From positions 62,001 to 126,000 of IMG/VR virus record IMGVR_UViG_3300044712_000810: a DNA stretch of 64,000 nt; one strand, 5' to 3'. Position numbers and translations under genes: made by a program. Position 1 is the stretch's first letter. Every line of letters begins with the position of its first letter. The notes below the pieces were generated by a model. That model did not search any database. It had not been told where the DNA came from and saw only the letters and a program-made list of their open reading frames with translations. Below are positions 41,143-49,991 of the stretch, piece after piece.

Positions 41143-41361
41143 TTAATGCTCTTCTATTTTATGACTATGTACATGTTTAGCTAATTTAGCTAAAGCTCTC
41201 ATATGACCATTAAGTTGTTCTTTAGACATCTTATGACCATGTAATTGAATTCTTTTATTAATTCCATTAACTAAATTTCTTGCACTATTTGGATGTAACA
41301 CACGCTCAAATATCAGACCACTATTAATGGCAGTTTCTAATAAGGTCATAATGACCTCCAT
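41143..41361 (-). CDS. Hypothetical protein
   Basis: 72-aa ORF abutting neighbours. Confidence 0.55.
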   Translation of the reverse strand: MEVIMTLLETAINSGLIFERVLHPNSARNLVNGINKRIQLHGHKMSKEQLNGHMRALAKLAKHVHSHKIEEH

Positions 41362-41978
41362 TATCGATCTTTATTATTTTGTTTTGCTATATCTTTTTTA
41401 ACTGCGTCAGGTTTTGCAAAACCACCTAATGGAGTAATTGCTGATATTGTTCTTCCCAGTTTTCCATAACCCATTTGTTTAGCGGCAGCATGTCTATCTT
41501 TTATACCTTTAGCAATATACCCAATACCAGCGCCGACTTTTGCACCAGCAATAGCACCTGCTGCAGCGCCAGCTTTCATCATCTCTGGATCACCATGCCA
41601 TGCAGCAGCTCCTAATGAACCAAGTGCAGCAGCACCAATACCTGCACCAATACCTGCATGTTTTAATGTTTGTAATGAATTAGATTTATCTAAAAGTGCA
41701 CCAACACGATGAGATGCTTTTTTAGTATCTATATCTTTATTTGGATTATCTACTGCGTCCTTACCAATATAATGACCAGCAACCATTGTCGCGGGCGCAA
41801 CAACTGGAACTAAACTTCCAATCATTTTACCCCAACCAGATCCGACATGTTTCATTTTTAATTTTTGATCGTGGTCATTTTTTTCAATTTCATTAAGTAT
41901 TAAGCCTACTGAAATTGCTTCGAATAATTTTTCCATTTTTATATCCTTTAATGTCCCATTACGGCCATGAAATTCCAA
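41361..41978 (-). CDS. Glycine-zipper protein
   Basis: AGIGAGIGAAALGSLG..AGAAAGAIAGAKVGAGIG. Confidence 0.7.
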   Translation of the reverse strand: MEFHGRNGTLKDIKMEKLFEAISVGLILNEIEKNDHDQKLKMKHVGSGWGKMIGSLVPVVAPATMVAGHYIGKDAVDNPNKDIDTKKASHRVGALLDKSNSLQTLKHAGIGAGIGAAALGSLGAAAWHGDPEMMKAGAAAGAIAGAKVGAGIGYIAKGIKDRHAAAKQMGYGKLGRTISAITPLGGFAKPDAVKKDIAKQNNKDR

Positions 41979-42682
41979 AGACCATGAATTAAAATACCTA
42001 GCTTATAACCTGTATATTTTTTATTTTCATCTTTAGGATATTTATCATAATAATATTTCTGTATAAGTGTGGTTGTCGCATGTAAACCAACAGCTAAAAG
42101 TCTAGCAACTGTTGCTGTTACAATATCCATTCCAGCACCTAATAATCTAACCATATACATAGAAAATTCAGCAACGTTAAATACAACAAAAAATGTACCT
42201 GTAAAACCACCTTGAATAGATATCATCTTTGCTGTTTCTTCAGTTAATGGTGCAACAAATATTGAACCCATAGCATAACCTAACGACGGTGGTAAGCCAA
42301 TTATCATACAAACAACAGCAAGAAAATTATGAAGAAATGTATTTATGATTAAAATAATAGAAAGTAAAACTAATGATTTTCCAATTTTATTAAATGCAAC
42401 TTCAATACTAGATTCTTGAACTGCCGCTTGAAAATTTCGTTTTAATATAATACCAATATCGGCTTTATCTTTTGATTGTTTAAATTCAACAACAGCACGT
42501 TTAGAATATTTCTTAGCAATATTCTCAAGTTTGGAAGTTTCAACATTTCCATCTTTTAACTGTTGTGTTATTTTTTTAATTTTATTATCTTTCTGTTCAA
42601 TTAATGATTCTTTAAATGAACCAATTGAAAACGATTCAAGAAAAAGTTCATTAGTATACATATTTTTGGCGACCGAATACAT
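41948..42682 (-). CDS. PrsW-family (CPBP-type) intramembrane protease
   Basis: Four family motifs in order: APLTEETAK (EExxK), FNVAE (FxxxE), LHATT (H), IHGLWN (HxxxN); several TM helices. Confidence 0.7.
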   Translation of the reverse strand: MYSVAKNMYTNELFLESFSIGSFKESLIEQKDNKIKKITQQLKDGNVETSKLENIAKKYSKRAVVEFKQSKDKADIGIILKRNFQAAVQESSIEVAFNKIGKSLVLLSIILIINTFLHNFLAVVCMIIGLPPSLGYAMGSIFVAPLTEETAKMISIQGGFTGTFFVVFNVAEFSMYMVRLLGAGMDIVTATVARLLAVGLHATTTLIQKYYYDKYPKDENKKYTGYKLGILIHGLWNFMAVMGH

Positions 42683-42697
42683 TTTTTAACTTTCTCC

Positions 42698-42714
42698 AAT
42701 TTGATATACAAATT
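42698..42714 (+). promoter_or_regulatory. Dyad AATTTG-ATATA-CAAATT, compensatory variant of the 15-bp motif
   Basis: C>G and G>C changes keep the symmetry; upstream of the plus-strand ORF at 42737. Confidence 0.5.
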
Positions 42715-42736
42715 AGTTATTAAAGGAGGTAATAAC

Positions 42737-42862
42737 ATGTTACGATCTGCAATACAAGCGGTCATTGCGTTAATCGTCATATGTACACTTATCTACATGA
42801 TAAATGAAAACCCAATCATACAATGGATAATAAATCAAATATCCAAGATTGGGCAGTTTTAA
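42737..42862 (+). CDS. 41-aa membrane peptide (not in ORF track)
   Basis: AAAGGAGG RBS; MLRSAIQAVIALIVICTLIYMINENPIIQWIINQISKIGQF*; terminator directly after. Confidence 0.7.
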   Translation: MLRSAIQAVIALIVICTLIYMINENPIIQWIINQISKIGQF

Positions 42863-42866
42863 AAAG

Positions 42867-42888
42867 AATGGGGGCTTTCGCCCCCATT
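42867..42888. terminator. Bidirectional terminator
   Basis: AATGGGGGC-TTTC-GCCCCCATT with T-tracts on both strands. Confidence 0.8.
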
Positions 42889-42894
42889 TTAATA

Positions 42895-43095
42895 TTAATC
42901 AAACTTTGTTTTACCAAATGATCCTAAGATTGCTTTTTGTGGAGGATTAAATCTTCCCATTTCAACCCCAGGAGGCATCTTCTTTTTAAGACTTGAAGGC
43001 ACACCATCAGATGATGCGCCACCAATTGGTGCTTTCGCAAAATCAGCTGATGTATCTTCGTCTAAGTAATATAATTGTTCGAAGATACTTAACAT
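42895..43095 (-). CDS. Hypothetical protein
   Basis: 66-aa ORF. Confidence 0.55.
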   Translation of the reverse strand: MLSIFEQLYYLDEDTSADFAKAPIGGASSDGVPSSLKKKMPPGVEMGRFNPPQKAILGSFGKTKFD

Positions 43096-43099
43096 AACA

Positions 43100-43384
43100 T
43101 TAGAACTTTACGTTTTCTTGGCTGATTGAATTATCAACCTTTGTGTTTGTTGCGCCTGGACTTGACTTTGCCCATGAATTTGTATTAGGAATTCCATCAG
43201 TTGTTGAAGCAACATTCAAAGATGTTTTAAGAACTTGATCAAGAGCTGATTGAACGTTTCCGTCAAGTTTACCTTTTTGACCTTTGTTTTCAGTACCCAT
43301 ATCAATTGTGGTACCTTCGGCTTCTGTAACTACTTCTTCGAATTCACCTGCAAAAATGTTTGATACACTTAACATTTCATACAC
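43100..43384 (-). CDS. Hypothetical protein
   Basis: 94-aa ORF. Confidence 0.6.
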   Translation of the reverse strand: MYEMLSVSNIFAGEFEEVVTEAEGTTIDMGTENKGQKGKLDGNVQSALDQVLKTSLNVASTTDGIPNTNSWAKSSPGATNTKVDNSISQENVKF

Positions 43385-43404
43385 TCCGTTATTTATTTTG
43401 TTTA

Positions 43405-44514
43405 TTAAAGTCTGTCAGTTGTTATTGGAAGATTTGAAAACCAAGCCTGTTCAAAAATACCATAAATGAACTTAGTCTCTGGACGTACATAATATGTTCC
43501 AGCAAGAGGACCATCAACAACAACTTTATAGTATGCTGTTACACTTGGACCTTTCGCTTCGAAAAGAATTGATTTAACAAAAGCACCGTTATTATAAACA
43601 GCACGATCAAAAACAATCTTCCATTCTTTTGTGAACTTAAATGTATTGTCAGCAAATGTCATTGGAATAATTCCAATGATATCAAGTGAATTAAATGTTT
43701 CAGGATGAACTGTTTCAATTTCTGTATTTACGAATACAAAACTTGCAGATGTTACTGCATTTGTTTTTACATAATTCATAAACCAGTCATATTCAACAAT
43801 TGGAGTAGGAGCACCAACTGCTTCTGCAACTTCAAATTCGAATGCAGCAAACATGTCAATACTTACAGCATCGCCTGATTCGGCAACTGCAGAAACTTTA
43901 ATATCTGTTTTAGAAGCAAATTCTAATGGAACATCAAAAGATAGAATTTGTGATCCAGGAGCATTAGTGAAAATACTACGAATTGTTTTAAATGAACCAC
44001 CAACTTCACGTGCTTCAAGTTTTACATTAACATTGGTTGCAGCGGCATTGTTTGCATAAACTTCAAGTTTCTTAAGTTTACCAACAAATCCATCAGGAAT
44101 TGTTACAACACCTACTTTTGATTCCGTATCACCAATGGCGATAACTGACTTAATAAGACTTGCAGTTTGTGGAACGCCAGCAGTTAAAGTGTCAGTGCTA
44201 TCAAATACATAAACAGTACCAGCACATGGCGCAGAAACTTTTACATCATTAATTCTGAAAAACTTATTAACTGTCTTAACTAATGTCTGACCGTTAAGAA
44301 TAACTTTTTCAGTGATTGGGTTAAAGAATAAACCAGTACCGACGATTTCAACGATTTGTGTTTTGTCTGTGGCCGAAGAGCTAGTTACACCTAACACAGT
44401 TTCTGTTGGAAGAAATGTGTAGGTATCAGCTGGTGAACCACTAATGTCTTTTGCTACATCGGCAATAGCTGATTTACTACCAGACACGGCAACATTAAAA
44501 AAAGTTCTTGGCAT
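43405..44514 (-). CDS. Beta-rich probable virion protein
   Basis: Thr/Val/Ala-rich; likely ATG 44514 after GGAGGA (track start 44529). Confidence 0.6.
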   Translation of the reverse strand: MPRTFFNVAVSGSKSAIADVAKDISGSPADTYTFLPTETVLGVTSSSATDKTQIVEIVGTGLFFNPITEKVILNGQTLVKTVNKFFRINDVKVSAPCAGTVYVFDSTDTLTAGVPQTASLIKSVIAIGDTESKVGVVTIPDGFVGKLKKLEVYANNAAATNVNVKLEAREVGGSFKTIRSIFTNAPGSQILSFDVPLEFASKTDIKVSAVAESGDAVSIDMFAAFEFEVAEAVGAPTPIVEYDWFMNYVKTNAVTSASFVFVNTEIETVHPETFNSLDIIGIIPMTFADNTFKFTKEWKIVFDRAVYNNGAFVKSILFEAKGPSVTAYYKVVVDGPLAGTYYVRPETKFIYGIFEQAWFSNLPITTDRL

Positions 44515-44535
44515 TATAATATCCTCCAAAGATAT

Positions 44536-45498
44536 TTACTGAATTGATGAAGTATCAAATTTGATACTTTCTACATATTTTTTCATAATTTCCTCAACGC
44601 CATTATGAATTTCCTCATTAACCAAACAGTCCTTACTAAAGATACTAAATGGATATTTGGTTGTTACGACTAAACCAATTAATTGATCTAATGGTCCAGT
44701 AAAACAATAAAAACCAGAAGTTTTTAATGTTCTTAAAAGACTTAAAATTATTTGATTTGGATTTTCAATTAATGCTCTTGTATCAATAAACATTTTTGGA
44801 ATATCTTTAATATCGTTATATCTTTCCAAATCATCCATTCTAGGTTCAAATTCTTCATATACTTCTAACATCTTAATTGTTTTAAAATGATCATGAATTA
44901 CTTTCTTAATATACGCATGTTTTTCTTTTAAGAAATGTTTATAATAAGCATACATACAAACAATATTTATAAACATTTTTTGTTTTTGATTGTATACTGT
45001 TGTTTTACCAATAGATTTCATAAACATTAAATAAATATATGTACTTAATAACTTATGTAAATCTTTATCTTGTCTTATCTTTTCTTTATTTAATATCGTT
45101 GCGGCTCTCATAAGTCCAAAATAAGACGAATATATACAATCATCTATCTTTGATGAATGACCATCGCGAATATTAATTTCAAGATCGGCAGAATCTAAAA
45201 TGATACCAACAAGTTTATCTTTGTCATATGCAACTCTAACAAAAACGCCATCATCTTTAATAGTTGAAATACCAATATAAATCTGATTTTTATTATATAA
45301 ATCAGAAACATAATGTTTTACATTATTGTTTGGTAGTTTACTTAAATAAAGATGAAAGTCTTCATTAAAATTATCATATACATGCTTATTAGTATCAGTC
45401 TTTTTAAAAATTACGATTTTAATTTCCTTCTCGCTTAACACTCGATTCATTGAACTGTCTGAAAAATATAATGGAGGAAATTTAGTTTCATCACTCAT
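44536..45498 (-). CDS. Hypothetical protein
   Basis: 320-aa ORF. Confidence 0.7.
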   Translation of the reverse strand: MSDETKFPPLYFSDSSMNRVLSEKEIKIVIFKKTDTNKHVYDNFNEDFHLYLSKLPNNNVKHYVSDLYNKNQIYIGISTIKDDGVFVRVAYDKDKLVGIILDSADLEINIRDGHSSKIDDCIYSSYFGLMRAATILNKEKIRQDKDLHKLLSTYIYLMFMKSIGKTTVYNQKQKMFINIVCMYAYYKHFLKEKHAYIKKVIHDHFKTIKMLEVYEEFEPRMDDLERYNDIKDIPKMFIDTRALIENPNQIILSLLRTLKTSGFYCFTGPLDQLIGLVVTTKYPFSIFSKDCLVNEEIHNGVEEIMKKYVESIKFDTSSIQ

Positions 45499-45512
45499 AT
45501 GAACATCTCCCT

Positions 45513-45875
45513 TTAAGTACTACTCATTGATAACACTTTATATATTATATCCTCATTAGGAGTTATAATCAATCTTTTATAAAAGTTCTCAGAAGTAAAT
45601 TCAAAGATACTATTTATATTATTAACGGTAAGTATAACAGGATAAAAATATTGTTCGCCATAAATATCCTGACAAAACTCATGTGGGCGCATAACCCACC
45701 GATCATTATCAAACAATTCATATTTACACTGTTGAATAAGCAATTGTTTGTTATTAAAAAACACATTATCAAATATCGGTTTTTTATATTCCAAAAAAAT
45801 ATTTTTTACATCATACGTTTGTCCTGAAAAAAATTGAAACAAATCGGTTGTTCTTGTTTCCATTTTAAATCTCAC
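45513..45875 (-). CDS. Baseplate wedge protein (T4 gp53-like, LysM-type)
   Basis: RPHEFCQDIYGEQYFYPVILTVNNI matches RPDxIAxxLYGDxxLYWVILxxNNI. Confidence 0.7.
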   Translation of the reverse strand: MRFKMETRTTDLFQFFSGQTYDVKNIFLEYKKPIFDNVFFNNKQLLIQQCKYELFDNDRWVMRPHEFCQDIYGEQYFYPVILTVNNINSIFEFTSENFYKRLIITPNEDIIYKVLSMSST

Positions 45876-45892
45876 AATTTAATATTTTAAAT

Positions 45893-45907
45893 TTTCATAT
45901 AGAAATA
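45893..45907 (+). promoter_or_regulatory. Conserved 15-bp motif TTTCATATAGAAATA
   Basis: Exact copy upstream of the AAA gene. Confidence 0.7.
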
Positions 45908-45968
45908 ATGTAAATGCAAGAAGTCGTACAAAACCTTTTTTTTCAACACATCAAAGGAGTTACTACAA

Positions 45969-47204
45969 ATGGCAAAGAATGAACAAACTGAAAACAGAGT
46001 CGAAATGCCATTGGCAGATCTGATTCAAAACTTTGTCGTTCCGAACTGCTATTTGCAGTGCGACAAAGACACGTCAGATAAAGGCGGCGTGGCAATTCCA
46101 TACATCGTGTCGAAGCCTGGCGCCGGTAAGACATCAGTTATCGAGGCGCTTTGCAAGAACAATGGATGGGGACTCATGTCCGTTCACTTTGCCCTCAAGC
46201 CTATCGAAGAGCTTGGTGGCATTCCGAACTTCACCAAAGTTCACATCAACGGCAAGGAAGTTTCAGGTACCGAATGGACCGTTACCGATATGGTAACGAA
46301 ACTGTGGGAGATGCACAACGAAACCAAAGAGGTTTTGGCGAAGGACGGGTCAACCGTTACCGAACCCAAGTACAAAATCATCATACTGCTGTATGACGAT
46401 GCTCACCTTTGCGGTCCCGGACACATGGCATTCTTCTACGAACCTTTCACCGAAAGAACAATTCGTGGGCACAAGTTGCCTCCGAACTGCGCACAAGCAA
46501 TGGCAGGAAACGACAGCAACAAAGCAGGCGCAAAAGCCTTCTTCTCCGCTATCACCAACCGTTGCGCTCGTCTCTATGCAAGAGCAGAATTCAAACCTTG
46601 GAAAGAAATGTTCGCTCTTCCCAAGCAGGTTCACCCGGCAGTTGTTTCTTTCCTCGGAAAGGACAACTATCAGTTCCAGTTCTTCCATGGCGAAGAAGTT
46701 CAGGATTCTCCTTGGGCATCACCCAGATCCTGGACTCGTCTCGCAAACTTCATCGAGGCGTATGAAAAGTGGAATGGTGGAAAAGCAATGCCTGCTTCCG
46801 AACTGCGCTTCTACGCTGAAGCTCACGTCGGAAAATCTGCAGGAAACGAATTTTCCAACTACTATTCCGTATTCACCAAATTCAATCTGGATCGTGATCT
46901 CGATAACTTCAAGAACTTCCAACTTCCCTCAAACGATATCGACAAATACGCATTCGCATTTGCGATCACCGCGCATTACTGCGGCAACAAGGAACTGAGA
47001 AAGGTCAAGAGCGAAAACTTCGCTCACATCCTTTTCCGTTACCTTGAAGACTGCCGTGAAGTCGGCATCGTCATGATGAAGGATATCATGTCCCTCGAAA
47101 AGATCGTCAAAGATGAAAACATCTTCGGCGCTGTCGCGAAGCATCTGGAAAAACTGAAGCCCACTTGCGTTACCGCGCTGTTGCAAGAAGTCGCTCGCCT
47201 GTAG
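45969..47204 (+). CDS. MoxR-like AAA+ ATPase
   Basis: Walker A SKPGAGKT, GGIP, Walker B LLYDD, AGN, AITNR, ASPRSW. Confidence 0.85.
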   Translation: MAKNEQTENRVEMPLADLIQNFVVPNCYLQCDKDTSDKGGVAIPYIVSKPGAGKTSVIEALCKNNGWGLMSVHFALKPIEELGGIPNFTKVHINGKEVSGTEWTVTDMVTKLWEMHNETKEVLAKDGSTVTEPKYKIIILLYDDAHLCGPGHMAFFYEPFTERTIRGHKLPPNCAQAMAGNDSNKAGAKAFFSAITNRCARLYARAEFKPWKEMFALPKQVHPAVVSFLGKDNYQFQFFHGEEVQDSPWASPRSWTRLANFIEAYEKWNGGKAMPASELRFYAEAHVGKSAGNEFSNYYSVFTKFNLDRDLDNFKNFQLPSNDIDKYAFAFAITAHYCGNKELRKVKSENFAHILFRYLEDCREVGIVMMKDIMSLEKIVKDENIFGAVAKHLEKLKPTCVTALLQEVARL

Positions 47205-47212
47205 GATAATAC

Positions 47213-48553
47213 ATGAGTGCGAATCTGGCGAAAGTCAAAAAAATAATCGAACAAGCCAGATTGAAGCTGATCCGTAAAGAATACTTATTCTTCGGTCTCT
47301 TCTGCGGCAAGTTCGTGTGGAAGCATTACGATTTCGGTGATGAAATGAAGGATATCGAAGGTTGTGTCTATCTTCCGAACGACCCAAAGAATCCTGATAA
47401 AGAAGTGATGGATAACGCAATCCATCTCAATGATAGATTCATTTCAAAAGACGATTATACATATTTGAATCTTTGCGATCTTGTACTGCATGAATCGCTA
47501 CACATCATAAACAAACACGGAATACGTCGCGGATCGAGAGATCCAAAACTTTGGAATATTGCAGGTGACCATGTCATCGACAGATTCCTCCGTGATTTGA
47601 ATATGACTAAACCATATCATAGGTGGAACGTAATTCCAGAACTCGACAAAGCACTTCCAAAGTGTTCTGCCGAGGAAGCCTATATGTGGCTTGAAAAAAA
47701 TCAAAAGAAATTCACAATATCACAAGATCCTGCATCAGGACAAATTACTATTACAGATGGGCAGGGAAATACATTCCATGTCAATCCATCGCAAGGTGGT
47801 GTGACATCTGGTAATGTTGATCCCAAAGTAAAACAAATGGTTGAAGAACTTGTTGCAGGCGCCAGAGCAATTCACGAGTCATCGAAAGATCGTGGTGTTG
47901 GTTCCGCAGCAATTTCTGCATATCTTGATGATGTTCTTAAGGTTGTGATTCCATGGCAAGAACTGCTTGAAATCGCGATCAAAACAAATATCATAATGAA
48001 ACCGGACGATTATGGTTGGGCAAACCCCAACAAACGCCTCAGATGTCATGGCCTTGTGCTTCCTGGAAGCATAATGACAGAAACAAATGAAGGCGTTGGA
48101 ACTCTCATAGTTCACGTAGACACTTCTGGATCAGTTAACGACACACAGCTTAAAGAAGCTGCTGGAATAATCTGCGAATCTATGAGATATTTCAAAACAA
48201 TTAAACTCATTACTGCCGACTGGAACATTCAACAGGAAGTTGATTTCGACAGCGACAGTATTAGTGATTTCCTTAACTTCTGTCAAAAAGAAGGATTTAA
48301 AGGTCGTGGCGGCACATCACATAAACCAACGTTTGATCGAATCAATGAAATCTGGGAAGACAACATTGATGATCTCTCGATGGTAATTTCAATAACCGAT
48401 GGATATTCTGATATTGAACAAATATATACAGTATATCCATTCATAACAAACCACGTTCCGTTGGTTTTCCTTCTCAATGGCGGATCGAGGGAACTAAATC
48501 TCAATCCTGATATTGGGAAAATAAAACAAATCGTCATGGACGATGCAAAATAA
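47213..48553 (+). CDS. Metallopeptidase-VWA protein (DUF2201-like)
   Basis: LHESLH (HExxH), WNIAGDHVID, VDTSGSV MIDAS motif, GRGGT, ITDG. Confidence 0.85.
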   Translation: MSANLAKVKKIIEQARLKLIRKEYLFFGLFCGKFVWKHYDFGDEMKDIEGCVYLPNDPKNPDKEVMDNAIHLNDRFISKDDYTYLNLCDLVLHESLHIINKHGIRRGSRDPKLWNIAGDHVIDRFLRDLNMTKPYHRWNVIPELDKALPKCSAEEAYMWLEKNQKKFTISQDPASGQITITDGQGNTFHVNPSQGGVTSGNVDPKVKQMVEELVAGARAIHESSKDRGVGSAAISAYLDDVLKVVIPWQELLEIAIKTNIIMKPDDYGWANPNKRLRCHGLVLPGSIMTETNEGVGTLIVHVDTSGSVNDTQLKEAAGIICESMRYFKTIKLITADWNIQQEVDFDSDSISDFLNFCQKEGFKGRGGTSHKPTFDRINEIWEDNIDDLSMVISITDGYSDIEQIYTVYPFITNHVPLVFLLNGGSRELNLNPDIGKIKQIVMDDAK

Positions 48554-48559
48554 CATTCA

Positions 48560-48589
48560 GGGAGGCCTTTCGGCCTCCCCATTTTTTTT
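48560..48589 (+). terminator. Rho-independent terminator
   Basis: GGGAGGCC-TTTC-GGCCTCCC then a poly-T tract. Confidence 0.85.
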
Positions 48590-48809
48590 ATTGCTTTCCA
48601 TGTGGATACTTTGTATAACCGGTTCCACTATCTGTTGAGCTTTGAATTGACGCCACTCTAGGACCAATTGGAGCCGGTCTCGAAGGAGTCGGCGGTGGAT
48701 GTATTTGTTTATCCATTGGTGATAGTGACGTAACTTTACGCTGATTAGCAGCTGATTGAATATATCCACCAGGCATTTGTCTGGTAAGTTCAAATAATAC
48801 ACTTATCAT
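48588..48809 (-). CDS. Hypothetical Pro-rich protein
   Basis: 73-aa ORF overlapping the upstream stop codon. Confidence 0.55.
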   Translation of the reverse strand: MISVLFELTRQMPGGYIQSAANQRKVTSLSPMDKQIHPPPTPSRPAPIGPRVASIQSSTDSGTGYTKYPHGKQ

Positions 48810-49111
48810 TTCGAACTCCCATTTAACGCCCTAGCGGCAATTAAAGATTGTAGATGTTCGGGATAATCATCCATAAATCTTTCTCGAACTTCTTTTTTCT
48901 GACGATCATGTTGCTTTAATCTTTCAAGTTCTTGCTCCATACTAGACGCACGATGACCATGTTCATCAGTATGTGCAGAACCCACTCCATATTTTTCATC
49001 AATCTTTTTATTTTTATGTTTATTATACAAGTGCTTTGCACTTAAAATTGCGGCGACAGCCAATCCTGCCGCCGCACCATGTTTAAGGAGATCCTCTGAT
49101 TCAAAGGGCAT
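48806..49111 (-). CDS. Small protein with N-terminal Gly/Ala hydrophobic helix
   Basis: LKHGAAAGLAVAAILSAKHLY; ATG 49111 after GGAGGG. Confidence 0.65.
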   Translation of the reverse strand: MPFESEDLLKHGAAAGLAVAAILSAKHLYNKHKNKKIDEKYGVGSAHTDEHGHRASSMEQELERLKQHDRQKKEVRERFMDDYPEHLQSLIAARALNGSSK

Positions 49112-49124
49112 GTTGCCCTCCATA

Positions 49125-49457
49125 TTAAAGATAGGTATTAATTTCGTTTTCTACAATAGCTTTTTGGTCTACGAGAAAATTTGAATTGAATGATGTTACT
49201 TCATGAATATATTGTGCTGTAGCAGCTTCAGTAAATACATTAATATTTTTGATTGTTTCAGCAATATTTTCGCCAAGGAATTCGCCAGGATTGGCAAGAA
49301 CGAAATTCTTTAATGTTTCTTTAAACTCAACAGCAGCACCCATTGTTGCTTCTACGAGTTCTTCATTTTCTGACAATACACGTACTACATCCTCGTTTTC
49401 AAAAAGAGCTTTAACTTGGCTCATATTAAATTCCTCCAAGACTTTATTTTTGTTCAA
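49125..49457 (-). CDS. Hypothetical acidic protein
   Basis: 110-aa ORF. Confidence 0.6.
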   Translation of the reverse strand: MNKNKVLEEFNMSQVKALFENEDVVRVLSENEELVEATMGAAVEFKETLKNFVLANPGEFLGENIAETIKNINVFTEAATAQYIHEVTSFNSNFLVDQKAIVENEINTYL

Positions 49458-49479
49458 TTAAACTATATTACCAAACAAC

Positions 49480-49959
49480 TTATTTTTTCAGTTTTGAAAG
49501 ACGCTTACGAAGAGCAACAGCACCAAGACCAGCAGCTAAAGCTGAACCAGCGGCATACTTTGCCCATGGATGATCTTCATCAAAATCCTTAGCAGCAGTG
49601 CCAGCATCTTCAGCAGCACGTTTTGCTTTTGTTGCAAGACTACCACGATCTGGGCCAGGAGTATCTAAATCTTCAGCCTTACGTTTAATAGCTTTACCAG
49701 CATCACGGGCTACACGACCACCTTTCTTTGCAAGTTCTTCAGCTTTTTCTTTAGCTTCACCAGCAAGTTCTTTGCCACCTTTTATTACTCTATCTACATC
49801 TTTCTTGTGATCAGAAACATCTTCCATTGGATCGCCTGAAGATGATTCATTAAGTGCCTTATTAAGTTCTTCTTTTACGCCCATATCGGTTTCCCCATTT
49901 CCTTTCTCAATGTTTTCTTGAAGAGATTCCATGATAATTTTGTTAACATCAAATGACAT
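49480..49959 (-). CDS. Protein with C-terminal hydrophobic helix and basic tail
   Basis: Ends PWAKYAAGSALAAGLGAVALRKRLSKLKK; ATG 49959 after GGAGGA. Confidence 0.7.
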   Translation of the reverse strand: MSFDVNKIIMESLQENIEKGNGETDMGVKEELNKALNESSSGDPMEDVSDHKKDVDRVIKGGKELAGEAKEKAEELAKKGGRVARDAGKAIKRKAEDLDTPGPDRGSLATKAKRAAEDAGTAAKDFDEDHPWAKYAAGSALAAGLGAVALRKRLSKLKK

Positions 49960-49991
49960 AGTATTATCCTCCACTATAATTTATTTATTAT

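Noticed and set aside
45943-47254. Many overlapping alternative-frame ORFs within the AAA gene
   Set aside because: Explained by higher GC and fewer off-frame stops; no RBS or motifs.
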